DNA of 64,000 bases. Source: Acidobacteriota bacterium. Lineage in GTDB: Bacteria; Acidobacteriota; UBA890; WLXD01. The translations under genes and the position numbers were made by a program. The notes under the pieces are model-generated. The model made no database searches. It was given only the letters and a program-made list of their open reading frames with translations, and had not been told where the DNA came from. The stretch covers positions 32,001-96,000 of the forward strand of contig CAXWPL010000002.1 of NCBI GenBank assembly GCA_963666215.2, written 5' to 3'. Of the stretch, positions 20,378 to 30,528 are shown one piece after another (within the stretch, counting starts at the first letter, position 1; every line of letters starts with the position of its first letter).

Positions 20378-22015
20378 CTAACCGCCTCGAAGACTGCGTT
20401 CGAGCGCCGCCGCCGCCGACAGCACGCTCTCGTCCTCGTTAACCCGACCGACAATCTGCAGCCCGACCGGCAGTCCGTTGTCGAGGCCGCAGCGCAGGCT
20501 CAGAGCCGGCTGCCCCGTGAGATTGAACGGGCGCGTGAACAGCGTGAGCGCGGCGCGCACGTCCATCTGTCGATCTCCAATTTCGACGATCTCCGCGTCG
20601 ACCCGCGGCGCAACCGTCGGTAGCGTGGGCAGCACGAGCAAGTCGACGTTGGCCATACCGCGCGTAAAGTCGCGCGCCAGTCGACCGCGTGCCCGTTGCG
20701 CTGCGAGATAATCAGCACCCGTCACCGCCGCCCCACGGGCGAGAAATTCGCGTGTCGCCGCTTGATACCGATCGCCGTGCTCGGCAAGGGTACGGGAGTG
20801 CACCGCGTTGCCCTCCGCCAGGAGCAGCGCCAGCGCGATTCTCGGAGCGTCGTCGACGGCAGGTGGCCACGCGAATGCCACTCTTACGGCGCCCAGCCCT
20901 TCGAGTCGCGCCGCGGCGCTCTCGACCTGATCCCGGACCGCGGCCTCGGAGAGCGCCAACGGATTCTGCGGTAGTGCGAACCTCAGGCCGGCCAGAGGTC
21001 GTGACTCTGGGTCGGTCGAGGGCTCGTGGTCGCGTCGGTTCCACTGCGGCGACGCGTGGGTTGCGACGGGTGAGCCCGACGGCGTGCGATCGAAGCGGTC
21101 GAGCACGTGGAAGACCGCTGCGACGTCGTCAACGCAACGGGCCATCGGGCCGACATGATCGAGGCTCCATGCGAACGGGATGACGCCGGCGCTGCTCACC
21201 CTACCGTAGGTCGGCTTGAGTCCGACGACGCCACAGCAGGCCGCTGGAATCCGGATCGAGCCGCCGGTGTCTGTCCCCGTTGCGGCCACCACCAGGCCCG
21301 CTGCCAGTGCGGCTGCCGATCCGCAGCTCGAGCCTCCTGCAACGTGCTCGCGATTCCAGGGGTTTCGTGTGGGGCCGTGAATGGAGACGGTGCCGGTTAC
21401 TCCGGTAGCAAACTCGTGTGTGTTGAGCTTGCCGAGGCTTATGGCGCCCGCTTTGCGTAGCCGGGTCACGACGTCGGCCTCGACGTCGGGTGTGTAGCCC
21501 AGCAGGATGTCCGACCCTGCCGTGGTAGGGCAATCGGAGGTAGCGATGATGTCTTTGTGGGCGATCGGTACGCCTGCGAGCGGCGGCAGCACGTTGCCTC
21601 CAGGGTCGTCGGCGTGCGCCGCGACTTCGATAGCAGCGGCTCGAGCGCTTTCGACCGTGACGTTGACGAAGGCACCCAAGCGGTGTTCGGCTGCCGCTCT
21701 CTGGGCGACAGGTGAAGCTCCATCGGGGGGTGGCGCGGTGTCCTGGTTGGCGATCCGCCGAAGGGCGAGCTCGACGATGCTCGCGGGGCTGGTGTGGCCG
21801 CTTGAGATGGAGGTCAGGAGCTCCGCAATCGACGGAAGGTCGCCCCGGCGCGGCTGGATTCCGTGTGCAGACGTGCCGCGGGATCCGGGCTCGAATCCCG
21901 CGACGCCCTTGGACGACTCTCTTTGACCGGCGGCACTCGCGACCATGCCGGGGAGGTCGGTGAGCGGGTCCGACGCGTACGCGGTCTCACCCGTTTCGAG
22001 CACGACCTTCAGCAC
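20378..22015 (-). CDS. Amidase-signature (GatA-like) amidase; start uncertain
   Basis: GVPIAHKD, GKLNTHEFA, GGSSCGS, GTDTGGSIRIPA, GLKPTYGRVS, FNLTGQP. Confidence 0.9.
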   Translation of the reverse strand: MLKVVLETGETAYASDPLTDLPGMVASAAGQRESSKGVAGFEPGSRGTSAHGIQPRRGDLPSIAELLTSISSGHTSPASIVELALRRIANQDTAPPPDGASPVAQRAAAEHRLGAFVNVTVESARAAAIEVAAHADDPGGNVLPPLAGVPIAHKDIIATSDCPTTAGSDILLGYTPDVEADVVTRLRKAGAISLGKLNTHEFATGVTGTVSIHGPTRNPWNREHVAGGSSCGSAAALAAGLVVAATGTDTGGSIRIPAACCGVVGLKPTYGRVSSAGVIPFAWSLDHVGPMARCVDDVAAVFHVLDRFDRTPSGSPVATHASPQWNRRDHEPSTDPESRPLAGLRFALPQNPLALSEAAVRDQVESAAARLEGLGAVRVAFAWPPAVDDAPRIALALLLAEGNAVHSRTLAEHGDRYQAATREFLARGAAVTGADYLAAQRARGRLARDFTRGMANVDLLVLPTLPTVAPRVDAEIVEIGDRQMDVRAALTLFTRPFNLTGQPALSLRCGLDNGLPVGLQIVGRVNEDESVLSAAAALERSLRGG

Positions 22016-22126
22016 GGTGGAGGGCCTGTTCTCTCGCCCCTCCGACGAGGGTGGTTGCGCACAGAGCCGGATGGGACCACCCTTCTCGGCGGCAGCGACG
22101 ATCGATACGACCCACCCGAGTGCTCA

Positions 22127-23350
22127 TTGCGCGAAACCCTGCACGTACGTGAAGCCGCAGAGCTGGCACGACTTGTGGACCGTCTCGCGGCGAGCGCTGA
22201 TGAGACGCTCGCGCTCGACACGGAATTCCTGAGAGAGCGCACATTCTACCCCAAGTTGTGTCTCGTGCAGATTGCGACGGCCGATGTGGAGGCGATTATC
22301 GATCCGCTCGCCTGTGGGGACATTGCCTCGCTGCTCGAGCTGATCGTCGATCGTTTCACGCTCCTGCTGCACGCGGGCTCGCAGGATCTCGAGATCCTAC
22401 TGCACTCCATTGGCCGGCTCCCGAGGCGAGTGTTCGACACACAGGTCGCCGCTGCTTTCGTGGGCTACGGCGACTCACTCAGCCATGCCCGCATGGTCGA
22501 GCGGTGCCTGGGACGGCGCGTGTCGCGGTCGGAGGCGTACACCGATTGGGCGCGGCGCCCTTTGAGCTCCGAGCAACTCGAGTATGCACTCGACGATGTT
22601 CGCCATCTGCACGAGTGCCATGACCACCTTCAGAGCGAGCTCGAGGCCCGCGGTCGGCTCACCTGGGTCGAGGAAGAGTTGGTGAAGCTGGTCGCCCGCG
22701 TTGAGCAGCTGGTACAGCCGAACGATCGGTGGCGCAAGGTCGCCGGTGCGCGGTCCCTCAAGGGCGGCGAGCTGGCGGTTCTGCGTGAGATCACAACGTG
22801 GAGAGAGCGTGAAGCGATGTCCCGAGACACCCCGCGTCAGCGCGTGGTGCCCGACCGCGTTCTCGTGCAGATCGCCCGCCGCGCTCCAAAATCGCAGGAG
22901 CAACTCGATCAGCTGCGAGGACTCCACCCACGCGAAGCGCAGCGCTCGGGTCGCCGGATTCTCGAGGTCGTGAGCACCGGGTTGAGCACTGCCGAGAACG
23001 ACTACCCGCGCTGGCTTTCCCCTCCGAGCAAGCGCGATGAGGAGGGGGTTTACGCGATCGCGTCGCTGCTCGACGCCTATCTGCGATCCAGGTCGCAGGA
23101 GTTGCAATTGTCGTCGCGCCTGCTGGCGAGCCGCAACGATCTCGTCAGCCTGGCGGGGCGCACGTCGCGCGGCGAGCAAACGGACGCGAGCCGGAGCGGT
23201 GACAAACCGCAACTGGCGATCCTCGAGGGCTGGCGCCGGGAGGTCGTTGGCGAGGATCTGCTGCGCTTACTCGAAGGAAAAATCGCACTGCGCCTGGAGC
23301 GCGCCGATGATGGGTCCGCGGGACTGCGGCTTGTGGCGAGCGACAGTTGA
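22127..23350 (+). CDS. rnd: Ribonuclease D
   Basis: ALDTEF.RERTFYPKLCLVQ, HAGSQD, FDTQVAA, TDW.RRPLS, YALDDV, HRDC region, GWRREVVG. Confidence 0.92.
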   Translation: MRETLHVREAAELARLVDRLAASADETLALDTEFLRERTFYPKLCLVQIATADVEAIIDPLACGDIASLLELIVDRFTLLLHAGSQDLEILLHSIGRLPRRVFDTQVAAAFVGYGDSLSHARMVERCLGRRVSRSEAYTDWARRPLSSEQLEYALDDVRHLHECHDHLQSELEARGRLTWVEEELVKLVARVEQLVQPNDRWRKVAGARSLKGGELAVLREITTWREREAMSRDTPRQRVVPDRVLVQIARRAPKSQEQLDQLRGLHPREAQRSGRRILEVVSTGLSTAENDYPRWLSPPSKRDEEGVYAIASLLDAYLRSRSQELQLSSRLLASRNDLVSLAGRTSRGEQTDASRSGDKPQLAILEGWRREVVGEDLLRLLEGKIALRLERADDGSAGLRLVASDS

Positions 23351-23588
23351 GTCCCTCGCCACGACCGAGTCGATCCCGCCGACGGGAGCCAGACGCTTCG
23401 GTTCAGCGCTTCACCCTGAGCAACAGGGGCAGTCGCTCTTCGCCCGCGCCGAGCGCCGGCGAGGGGTGAAGAGCAAGAGCGCGGGCTCTCCGAGGTTCAG
23501 CCCCGGCGCTCCGGTTGCTTCGCCCGGCATCTCTTGGCCGCGGCCGCGATCTTTCAGCTTCCGGATCGCGTCCGCTCCTGGTGCAGGG

Positions 23589-24788
23589 CTACTGGCCTCG
23601 CGGCTTGGCCTTCCGTGTTTTTCCGCCGCCGGTCGACGACGAGCCTCCGCCTGTGTAGCTCCCGCGGCCCACCGAACCGCCGTTCGTGACACCGCCGCCG
23701 CGCTGGCCTCCGCCGCTGAGCAAGCGACTGAACCCGCTCGGGGCATCGTCGCGCACACCAACCCGTGTGTAGCCCTTGCCTTTCACAACGCGGCCACCGA
23801 GTTGACTGTCGGGTCGTCCGAAGAACGGCCCGATCGGGTTGAATCTGCCGCCGTAGCCGAAGGGCGTGAACGCCGGGCTGTAGTAGCCGTAGGCGTAGGG
23901 CTGGTATCCCCACCAACCGTAGCGCCCGTAGCCGCCGTAGCCGCCCACCACCCCGCCGCCGCCGCCGCCGCCGTAGTAGTCGCGCCCGTCGTCGACCACG
24001 AAGTAATCAGGGTAGGAGAGGGCGACCATCAGGTCGATGATTTCAGCGGGCACCTCGGCGTCTGCTAGTCGCAGGAGCAGATCCGCGTTCATGTTGAAAC
24101 TGGAATCGGTTTCCAGGATCGCCGCCTCAACCACCGCCGGGTCGACCCGCGCCAGCGCCTCGATCACGTCGCTGGCGTCGAGGGGGCTGGCGGCGGCCAT
24201 GCGAGCGGTCGACACGGAGAGTGATTCTTCGAGCTCGAGCGCGGGTGCGCCGGCAGCGGCGGCCATGTCGGCGCCAGCGAGCCGGAACTTGCGCGCCAAG
24301 AGCTCTCGCTGACCTGCGACGCTAACGACCTGAATATCGATCCATGTCGAACGATTCGCGATGAGGCCGATACTCGTCTGCGTACGCCTGAGTCCGCCTT
24401 CACAGACTAAGTCAGAGCGTGTGAAAAGTCGCTGTCCGTCGCCCGACCAGGTCGCCGCCGTCGTGCCTTCGCAGTCGCTATCGCTGACGGGGTGCTCGCG
24501 GCCGTCCGTGATGATTGTCTGCTCGAGAACAGCCTCGCCGTCGACGAAGCTCGTGAGCTTCGCGCCGGCGCCGACTTCGGTTCGCTGCAGGCAGACCATC
24601 CGATCGCCCTCGATCGGCTCTTCCACGTCTCCGACTCGATCATTCAACAGCTCCCAGCAGCCGAGCCAAGGCAACCATCCATCCCCACGCGCCGATTGCG
24701 GGCCACTCGGCAGCGCCTCGGCAACGGGGGCCGTGGCCAGCAAGGCGATCATGCCGACTGCCAGAATCAGAATCCGCTTCGATCTCAC
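23589..24788 (-). CDS. Exported hypothetical protein with Cys pairs and Gly/Tyr-rich tail
   Basis: Signal peptide; WLPWLGCW; C-terminal GGYGGYGRYGWWG low-complexity region. Confidence 0.65.
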   Translation of the reverse strand: MRSKRILILAVGMIALLATAPVAEALPSGPQSARGDGWLPWLGCWELLNDRVGDVEEPIEGDRMVCLQRTEVGAGAKLTSFVDGEAVLEQTIITDGREHPVSDSDCEGTTAATWSGDGQRLFTRSDLVCEGGLRRTQTSIGLIANRSTWIDIQVVSVAGQRELLARKFRLAGADMAAAAGAPALELEESLSVSTARMAAASPLDASDVIEALARVDPAVVEAAILETDSSFNMNADLLLRLADAEVPAEIIDLMVALSYPDYFVVDDGRDYYGGGGGGGVVGGYGGYGRYGWWGYQPYAYGYYSPAFTPFGYGGRFNPIGPFFGRPDSQLGGRVVKGKGYTRVGVRDDAPSGFSRLLSGGGQRGGGVTNGGSVGRGSYTGGGSSSTGGGKTRKAKPRGQ

Positions 24789-24889
24789 TTCGTTCTACCT
24801 CCTCCAGGGGGCTCTCATTGTAACCCAGGAGAGCCGGCGACCGGGCGGTGACTTGCCGTTGATGAAGCGTCGCTCGGCACACTCGAGTC

Positions 24890-25792
24890 TCAGAACTTGA
24901 ACGCCACTCCCGCCGTGGCCCGCAATCCGCCGAGATCGATGGCGTCGAAGCCCACGAAGCCACCGTTCATTTCGACGTCGGCCCACTGATAGCGGGCCTC
25001 GAGTTGCAGCGCCAGGCTGGGGTTGAGCAGGATGTCCGCCCCGCCGAACACGTGGAAGGTCGCGCCCCATCCGTCGGAGATGAAGTGGTCGGTGAAGATC
25101 CCCAGATCTTCGAAGTCGACGAAGTCTCCCACCTGCTCGAACTGATGCCACACGAAGCCCGCTGCTCCTCCCACGTACGGCACGAAGGAGCTCGGCACCC
25201 ACGCGTACTGGCCGACGCTACGACCGCGGTCGGTGAGGTAGAGCTTCAGGCCAGCTGTGACCGGTACCTGCGTGAAGTGCGTTTCCTGGACGATCGGAAG
25301 GTCGTCGTCCTCCACGAACTCGCGAAATTCCGACGTAGCAGACGCCCGCGAGTACTCCACTCCGAACACGGCGTCGACCCGATCGTTGATGCGCCATGAG
25401 AGATCCGCGGCGATCGTGGGAGCGTTGAAGTCTGACTTTTCGACGGTCAGCTGGTCGGTGACGAACTCGAAGATCTCGCTCTGGGCGCGCGCGAACGTGA
25501 GTCCGGCACGGACCGCGAAGGAGCCCTTCGGTGCGCCGAAAAGGAAATCCGGGCTCTGAACGCCATTCGCGGCGCCGGCAATTCCGTTCGCGGCGAGCTC
25601 CTTAGACTTGGCCTTCTTGTCTTCAGATCCGGGGCCGGGGTCGGCGTTGGCAGGGCCGATTGCCACGAGCAAGATCCCCGCTAGCAGCGTCAGCTGGCGA
25701 ACCGCGTGAGCGCCCCAGCGCCTCGGGTCGGCTTCGGCTTTGGATTCCCATCTCGAGGGCCTCATTACTGCGATACGACGCTGGGTGTTCAT
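24890..25792 (-). CDS. Outer-membrane beta-barrel protein
   Basis: Alternating beta strands, VPYVGGAAG, EARYQW, C-terminal GVAFKF; GGAGG RBS before ATG 25792. Confidence 0.8.
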   Translation of the reverse strand: MNTQRRIAVMRPSRWESKAEADPRRWGAHAVRQLTLLAGILLVAIGPANADPGPGSEDKKAKSKELAANGIAGAANGVQSPDFLFGAPKGSFAVRAGLTFARAQSEIFEFVTDQLTVEKSDFNAPTIAADLSWRINDRVDAVFGVEYSRASATSEFREFVEDDDLPIVQETHFTQVPVTAGLKLYLTDRGRSVGQYAWVPSSFVPYVGGAAGFVWHQFEQVGDFVDFEDLGIFTDHFISDGWGATFHVFGGADILLNPSLALQLEARYQWADVEMNGGFVGFDAIDLGGLRATAGVAFKF

Positions 25793-25942
25793 GAAAATCC
25801 TCCGGGGGGGGGGAATCAAGCTGTCGGGCGGTGTGGGGCCGTGGAGCCGACGGTCCGGGCCTTCAAGCTGTTCTTGTGGTTGCGTGAGGCGAGTGGCAAG
25901 GCGTTTGTGTTTGCCGCTCTGTGTACAACATCACTGCATCAT

Positions 25943-25958
25943 TGCAACGTGCGTGCCG
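25943..25958 (-). promoter_or_regulatory. Sigma-54 (-24/-12) promoter for the beta-barrel operon
   Basis: Minus strand CGGCACG-CACG-TTGCA matches YGGCACG-N4-TTGCW, ~150 nt upstream of the OMP start. Confidence 0.65.
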
Positions 25959-26331
25959 GGATACTCTCTGTCGCCGGTTGGCCGCACGCAGCTGCTCCTG
26001 CCCGATCGGCGCAGGACGGCCTCGAGAAGGCAGGCCGAGCGGGAATCCGACTGTGTCCGTATATCGACGGCTGACGGAACGGTCGACCGCCACGGGTCAG
26101 TCGCTGCCTCGATCGACGCTCGTCACGCCATCACGCCGTTAACCGGGAACGCGAGGCCAGCTGTGGCCAGTGTCCTTTGACGCTGGCTGCCATCGACTCC
26201 TATCCTGCGCAAATGCTAATTCTGCCAGCCGCTCACAGGGTCGATAGACGGTCAGCGTGCGGCTGCTCGGCCTGATCATGACGATTAGTGCGCGCTCGAT
26301 GCGACTGCTCCTATTCAATGGTGGACGTCGA

Positions 26332-27150
26332 ATGCCCCATCGCCACCCTCTCGCCGCGCGCCAAACGGGCCTTGCCGCGTTGCTGGTCGCCCTGCTGACG
26401 TTGCCACCGTTGAGCAGCGCCTCCGCGCTGGCCGCCACCGCCGTCTCGGGCTCGGTGGCGATGCGCGGCTTCTTCGCGATGCGCTCGGCTTCGGCGCTCG
26501 ACGCCGAAGCACGTCTTCTCGACGTTCTCGACCGCGGTCGCATTGCCGATTGGGCGCGCCGGCTTGCTCAGCAGCCGCGCATTGCGGGAACCGATCGCAT
26601 GAAGGAAACAGCCGATTGGGTTGCCGAACGCTTCGGCCAATGGGGCCTCGAGGTCGAGATCGACACGCACGACGTGTATCTGCCGCACGCCCTATCGGTG
26701 GCGGTGGAGCGCCTCAACCCGGACCCGAGTCCGTTGTCGTTACGCGAGGACGCAGTCAGCGAGGATCCGGACTCAGCCGCCCCGCTCTACCCAGCCGCAA
26801 ACGGTTACTCTGCGGCCGGCGATGTTCGCGGCTCGGTGATCTACGCCAACTACGGCCGCGCCGAGGATTTCGACGCCCTGAGCGCCTCTGGCGTTTCGGT
26901 CGACGGCAAGGTGGTGCTGATGCGCTACGGACGGGTGTTTCGTGGCGTCAAGGCACGCAACGCTGAGGCCGCCGGTGCTGTCGCGGTGCTGCTCTACTCG
27001 GATCCCCTCGACGACGGGTTCTTTCGTGGTGACGTCTATCCGAATGGCCCTTTCCGGCCGTGGAGCGGACTGCAGCGGGGCTCCGTCCGCTGGGGAGCGC
27101 CGGGCGACCCGGCCCCCCAGCACGGTGGGTCTGCCGCCGGTCGGCCGTGA
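26332..27150 (+). pseudogene. N-terminal/PA-domain fragment of a glutamate carboxypeptidase II-like M28 peptidase
   Basis: PRIAGT, VIYANYGRAEDF, RYGRVFRGVK, LYSDP, QRGSV..GDP then ends; catalytic M28 domain missing. Confidence 0.7.
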
Positions 27151-27304
27151 GATCAACCATCTCGCCTGGAGCTCGCGTCGCTGGCCGCGGCCATCGATTC
27201 GGCGGCTGTTGAGCTCGAGTCGGCCGTTCATCTGTTGACCGACCGGACCCTACGTCGGCGAGGCGTCGATACGCCCTAGGTGCGACCCTGGCCTTGGTGC
27301 GGGC

Positions 27305-27596
27305 AAAAAAAGAACAGGCGATCCCCGTGAACGGCCTCCCCGAATGCAGCCGGTCCCGGGAACTGCCTCTGCTCCGAACGAGGTCTGCCCCTAACGGCCA
27401 CGTTCTACGCCTGCTTCGCGCGAGGCCTCGGGAATCCCGACCGACAAGCCTCCCACCGATGCGCGGTCGGGGCTGTGCCGGCGCATCGGAGTTGTCGACG
27501 TCCCGAAGGACGAGCTTCGTGTTCAGCAGACAGCAAAGACGTTGTTGAACCCGGGGCGCGCGGCTGACCCGTGCGGCCTGGAGGATCGCCTGAACG
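27305..27596 (-). ncRNA. Structured ~290-nt non-coding RNA (6S-like or undescribed)
   Basis: Ends pair (CAGGCGATCC 27315-27324 with 27583-27592); nested helices; C(UUCG)G hairpin at 27499-27512; own promoter and 3' U-tract. Confidence 0.75.
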
Positions 27597-27601
27597 CGCA
27601 G

Positions 27602-27630
27602 ATCATTTTTCCTGGGCGCGGGTTTGTCAA
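27602..27630 (-). promoter_or_regulatory. Sigma-70 promoter of the ncRNA
   Basis: TTGACA (27630-27625), 17-nt spacer, AATGAT (27607-27602). Confidence 0.75.
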
Positions 27631-27726
27631 CCAGCCGCCGCGAGGATCCCCCTGTGGACGTCCTCGCCGAGACGCCAAAGCACTCATGACAAAGGATTTC
27701 GGCCCGTAACGGCGAATCCGGCTTCG

Positions 27727-27755
27727 TTGTGGAAAAGTCCGACGCGCTGTACAAT
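27727..27755 (+). promoter_or_regulatory. Candidate sigma-70 promoter of carD
   Basis: TTGTGG-N17-TACAAT about 75 nt before the carD start. Confidence 0.5.
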
Positions 27756-27828
27756 CCCACCTTGTGGGCGCGGCGAGAGCTGTTTCTCGCGAGCTGCAAG
27801 TAACGAAGCTAACGAACGGGGGGTCGCA

Positions 27829-28350
27829 TTGCGTTTTGAGGTCGGCGACAAGGTCGTCTATCCGAACCACGGCGTGGGCGTCATCGAGGACATCAAGCGT
27901 CGGGCGATCGCGGACACAGATCAAAATTTCTATCATCTTCGGATCCTGGCCAACGACACCATCGTCATGGTGCCGGTTGGGAATTCGAAGGCGGTCGGGT
28001 TGCGCAAGATCTTCCGCAAAGCCGAGGTCAAGAAGCTCTACATCCACCTCCGCGATCCCGATTTCGAGACCCACAAGAACTGGAAGGGTCGCTACAAGGA
28101 AAACGCCGAAAAGATGCGCTCCGGGCACCTCGTCGAGATGGGCGACGTGCTCAAGAATCTGATGCACCTGTCGCAGCGCAAGGCGCTTTCCTACAGAGAA
28201 AAGCGGATGTACGAGAAGGCCAAGACGCTCACCCTCTCTGAGGTGGCGATCGTCGAGGGCGACTCGGAGAACGATGTCCGCAAGAAGATCGAGGAGGCGC
28301 TCGCCGACTGCATGGTGGCGCGCGAAGCTCGCAAGTCGAAAGCGTCCTGA
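27829..28350 (+). CDS. carD: CarD/CdnL-family RNA polymerase-binding regulator
   Basis: FEVGDKVVYPNHGVGVI, VPV.....VGLRK, NWKGRYK (conserved Trp), LSYREKRMYEKA. Confidence 0.92.
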   Translation: MRFEVGDKVVYPNHGVGVIEDIKRRAIADTDQNFYHLRILANDTIVMVPVGNSKAVGLRKIFRKAEVKKLYIHLRDPDFETHKNWKGRYKENAEKMRSGHLVEMGDVLKNLMHLSQRKALSYREKRMYEKAKTLTLSEVAIVEGDSENDVRKKIEEALADCMVAREARKSKAS

Positions 28351-28422
28351 TTCGGTGCGATAGCCGGCCGACTCGGCTTCACGCGCACGCTTCCGCCACG
28401 CCCCGCTAAGGATCTCCGCCTC

Positions 28423-29700
28423 ATGGACGCGCTCAAGCGACTCTCCCTGCCCACGTGGATCGCCATCGGCATGCTGATGGGCATCCTGGTGGGAGTCTTG
28501 TTCGGCGAGTCGGCGACGATGATCAAGCCGCTGGGCGACCTTTTTCTGCGGCTGATCCGCATGGTTGTGGTGCCGCTGGTCTTCTCCTCGCTGCTCGTCG
28601 GCACGGCGATGCTCGGAGACCCCAAGCGTCTCGGGCGCATTGGTGGGAAGACGCTCGCGTACTACATGTGCACCACGGCAATCGCGATCGTCATCGGCCT
28701 GGTGATCGCCAACGTGGTGGAGCCGGGATCGTGGATCGACACCGAAACGCAGCAGCAGCTTCTCGCCAACTTCGCCGGCGACGCCGACGGTGCCGCGGGT
28801 CGTCTACGCGAGCGTCCGAGCGTCACCGATACCTTGTTGAACATCGTGCCCACCAATCCGGTGGCGGCCATGGCCGAGGGCTCGATGTTGCAGATTATCT
28901 TCTTCGCGCTGCTCTTCGGCGTGGCCCTGACGCTGATTCCGAAAAAGACTCATCGCGAGCAGGTCTTGGTGTTTTTCGACGGCATCAACGAGGCGATGAT
29001 CCAGATCGTCCACATGGTGATGAAGCTGGCGCCGATTGGAGTGCTGGCGCTGATGGCGGCGGCGATTGGGCAGTTCGGACTGGACATCCTGGGCGTGCTT
29101 GTTGCTTATGCCGCATGCGTGGTGGTTGGCCTGTTGCTCCACATGACGATCGTTTACGGAGGTGTCGTCAAGCTGTTCGCCGGCATGTCGCCGATGCGCT
29201 TCTTTCGTGGCATCCGGCCGGCGCAGCTGATCGCTTTCTCGACCTCGTCGAGCAGCGCCACTCTGCCGGTCACCATGCACCACGCAACGCACGATCTGGG
29301 AGTTTCGGAGCAGATCTCGGCCTTTGTACTGCCGCTCGGTGCCACCGTGAACATGGACGGCACGGCTCTCTACCAGGGAGTCGCCGCCGTCTTCATCTCA
29401 CAGGTCTACGGGATCGACCTTGGCCTGAGCGGTCAGGTGACGATCGTACTGATGGCGACACTGGCCTCGGTCGGAGCCGCTGGAGTGCCGGGCATCGGCG
29501 TGATCACACTGGCGATGGTGCTCGAGCAGCTCGGCCTGCCGCTCGAGGGAATCGCGCTCATCCTTGGTGTCGATCGCGTTCTCGACATGCTGCGCACGGC
29601 GACCAACGTCACCGGCGACGCCTCGGCCGCGGTGATCGTTGCGGCGAGCGAGGACCAGCTCTGGAAGGCGCCGCCGAAGGACGCGACCGCGAGCGCCTAG
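28423..29700 (+). CDS. Dicarboxylate/amino acid:cation symporter (GltP/GltT-like)
   Basis: FLRLIRMVVVPLVF, AFSTSSSSATLP, GATVNMDGTA, GAAGVPG, DRVLDMLRT. Confidence 0.92.
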   Translation: MDALKRLSLPTWIAIGMLMGILVGVLFGESATMIKPLGDLFLRLIRMVVVPLVFSSLLVGTAMLGDPKRLGRIGGKTLAYYMCTTAIAIVIGLVIANVVEPGSWIDTETQQQLLANFAGDADGAAGRLRERPSVTDTLLNIVPTNPVAAMAEGSMLQIIFFALLFGVALTLIPKKTHREQVLVFFDGINEAMIQIVHMVMKLAPIGVLALMAAAIGQFGLDILGVLVAYAACVVVGLLLHMTIVYGGVVKLFAGMSPMRFFRGIRPAQLIAFSTSSSSATLPVTMHHATHDLGVSEQISAFVLPLGATVNMDGTALYQGVAAVFISQVYGIDLGLSGQVTIVLMATLASVGAAGVPGIGVITLAMVLEQLGLPLEGIALILGVDRVLDMLRTATNVTGDASAAVIVAASEDQLWKAPPKDATASA

Positions 29701-29783
29701 CGAGTCGAGCCTTGGCACCGACCGCTGGCGGGCGAGTGGTGTCCGCAGCCTGGGTGTGACGTCCGCTATCTGGGCTCTTTGAG

Positions 29784-30311
29784 CTAGAAGTCCGTCGTCT
29801 GCCGGATCACCGGCCTCAGCACCCATTCGCCGTTCGCCTTCAGTCGTACCGAGGCGTCAACGTCGAAGTCCAGCGCTACCTCGATCGACTGATTCTCGAC
29901 CACCGGAAACAGTACCGGTACGACGATCTCGGGCGTCTCGATGCGCAGATCCTTACGGCGACCCTCGAGGTTGATTACGGAGCTGTTGGCCTCGGAGAAT
30001 CGAATGCGGATCTGCGTGTAGTCGCCCTCCTCGAGCTCGTTGCCGAGCGCCAGTAGCGCCCCGCCGAGCTGCAGGCCGAGCAGCTCGTGTACGACGCTGC
30101 CCGAGAAGAGCGTGACGAACTGGCCCGAACGAGCGTCGAGCACATCCACCTGAGTGACCTCGACGGCCACCTGCTGCGCCGCAGCGGTGGTGGCCTGTAG
30201 CCCCGCGCTGTCGGTGAAGAAGATCGCCAGCTGTCCCCGGTGCTGTACACAGCCGGCCGCGAAGATCGTGAGAGCGCCGATCAGGCCGATCGTGGTCCCG
30301 AGTTTGCGCAT
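29784..30311 (-). CDS. DUF4382-like lipoprotein
   Basis: Lipobox FAAGC; FTDSA, G.YTQIR, LDFDVDASV, LRPVI. Confidence 0.7.
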   Translation of the reverse strand: MRKLGTTIGLIGALTIFAAGCVQHRGQLAIFFTDSAGLQATTAAAQQVAVEVTQVDVLDARSGQFVTLFSGSVVHELLGLQLGGALLALGNELEEGDYTQIRIRFSEANSSVINLEGRRKDLRIETPEIVVPVLFPVVENQSIEVALDFDVDASVRLKANGEWVLRPVIRQTTDF

Positions 30312-30528
30312 CGGTGTTGCTCCTGAAGATTGCGACGAACGTTGAGCCGATTCGGTGATTCTGCGGGTGTCAGAGGTCGCAGTGTGGCAGTAGCAAAATC
30401 GAGCGTGCAATCCGAAAGTGACCACGAACCGGACAGAACTGGCCGCAGGCGACCGACGGGTTTCACCATTGCGAGGGGGTCGTCGACAATGCCGTGGCCG
30501 CCTCCGTGCCGACAGACGCAGAAGGTCT

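Noticed and set aside
27305-27596. The ncRNA as SRP RNA, RNase P RNA or tmRNA
   Set aside because: No SRP helix-8 GGAA/AGCAG motif, no RNase P GAGGAAAGUCC, no tRNA-Ala-like ends
26948-27799. 283-aa minus-strand ORF over the ncRNA
   Set aside because: Arg/Ser/Pro-rich with no recognisable domain; promoter, pairing and U-tract are better explained by an RNA gene
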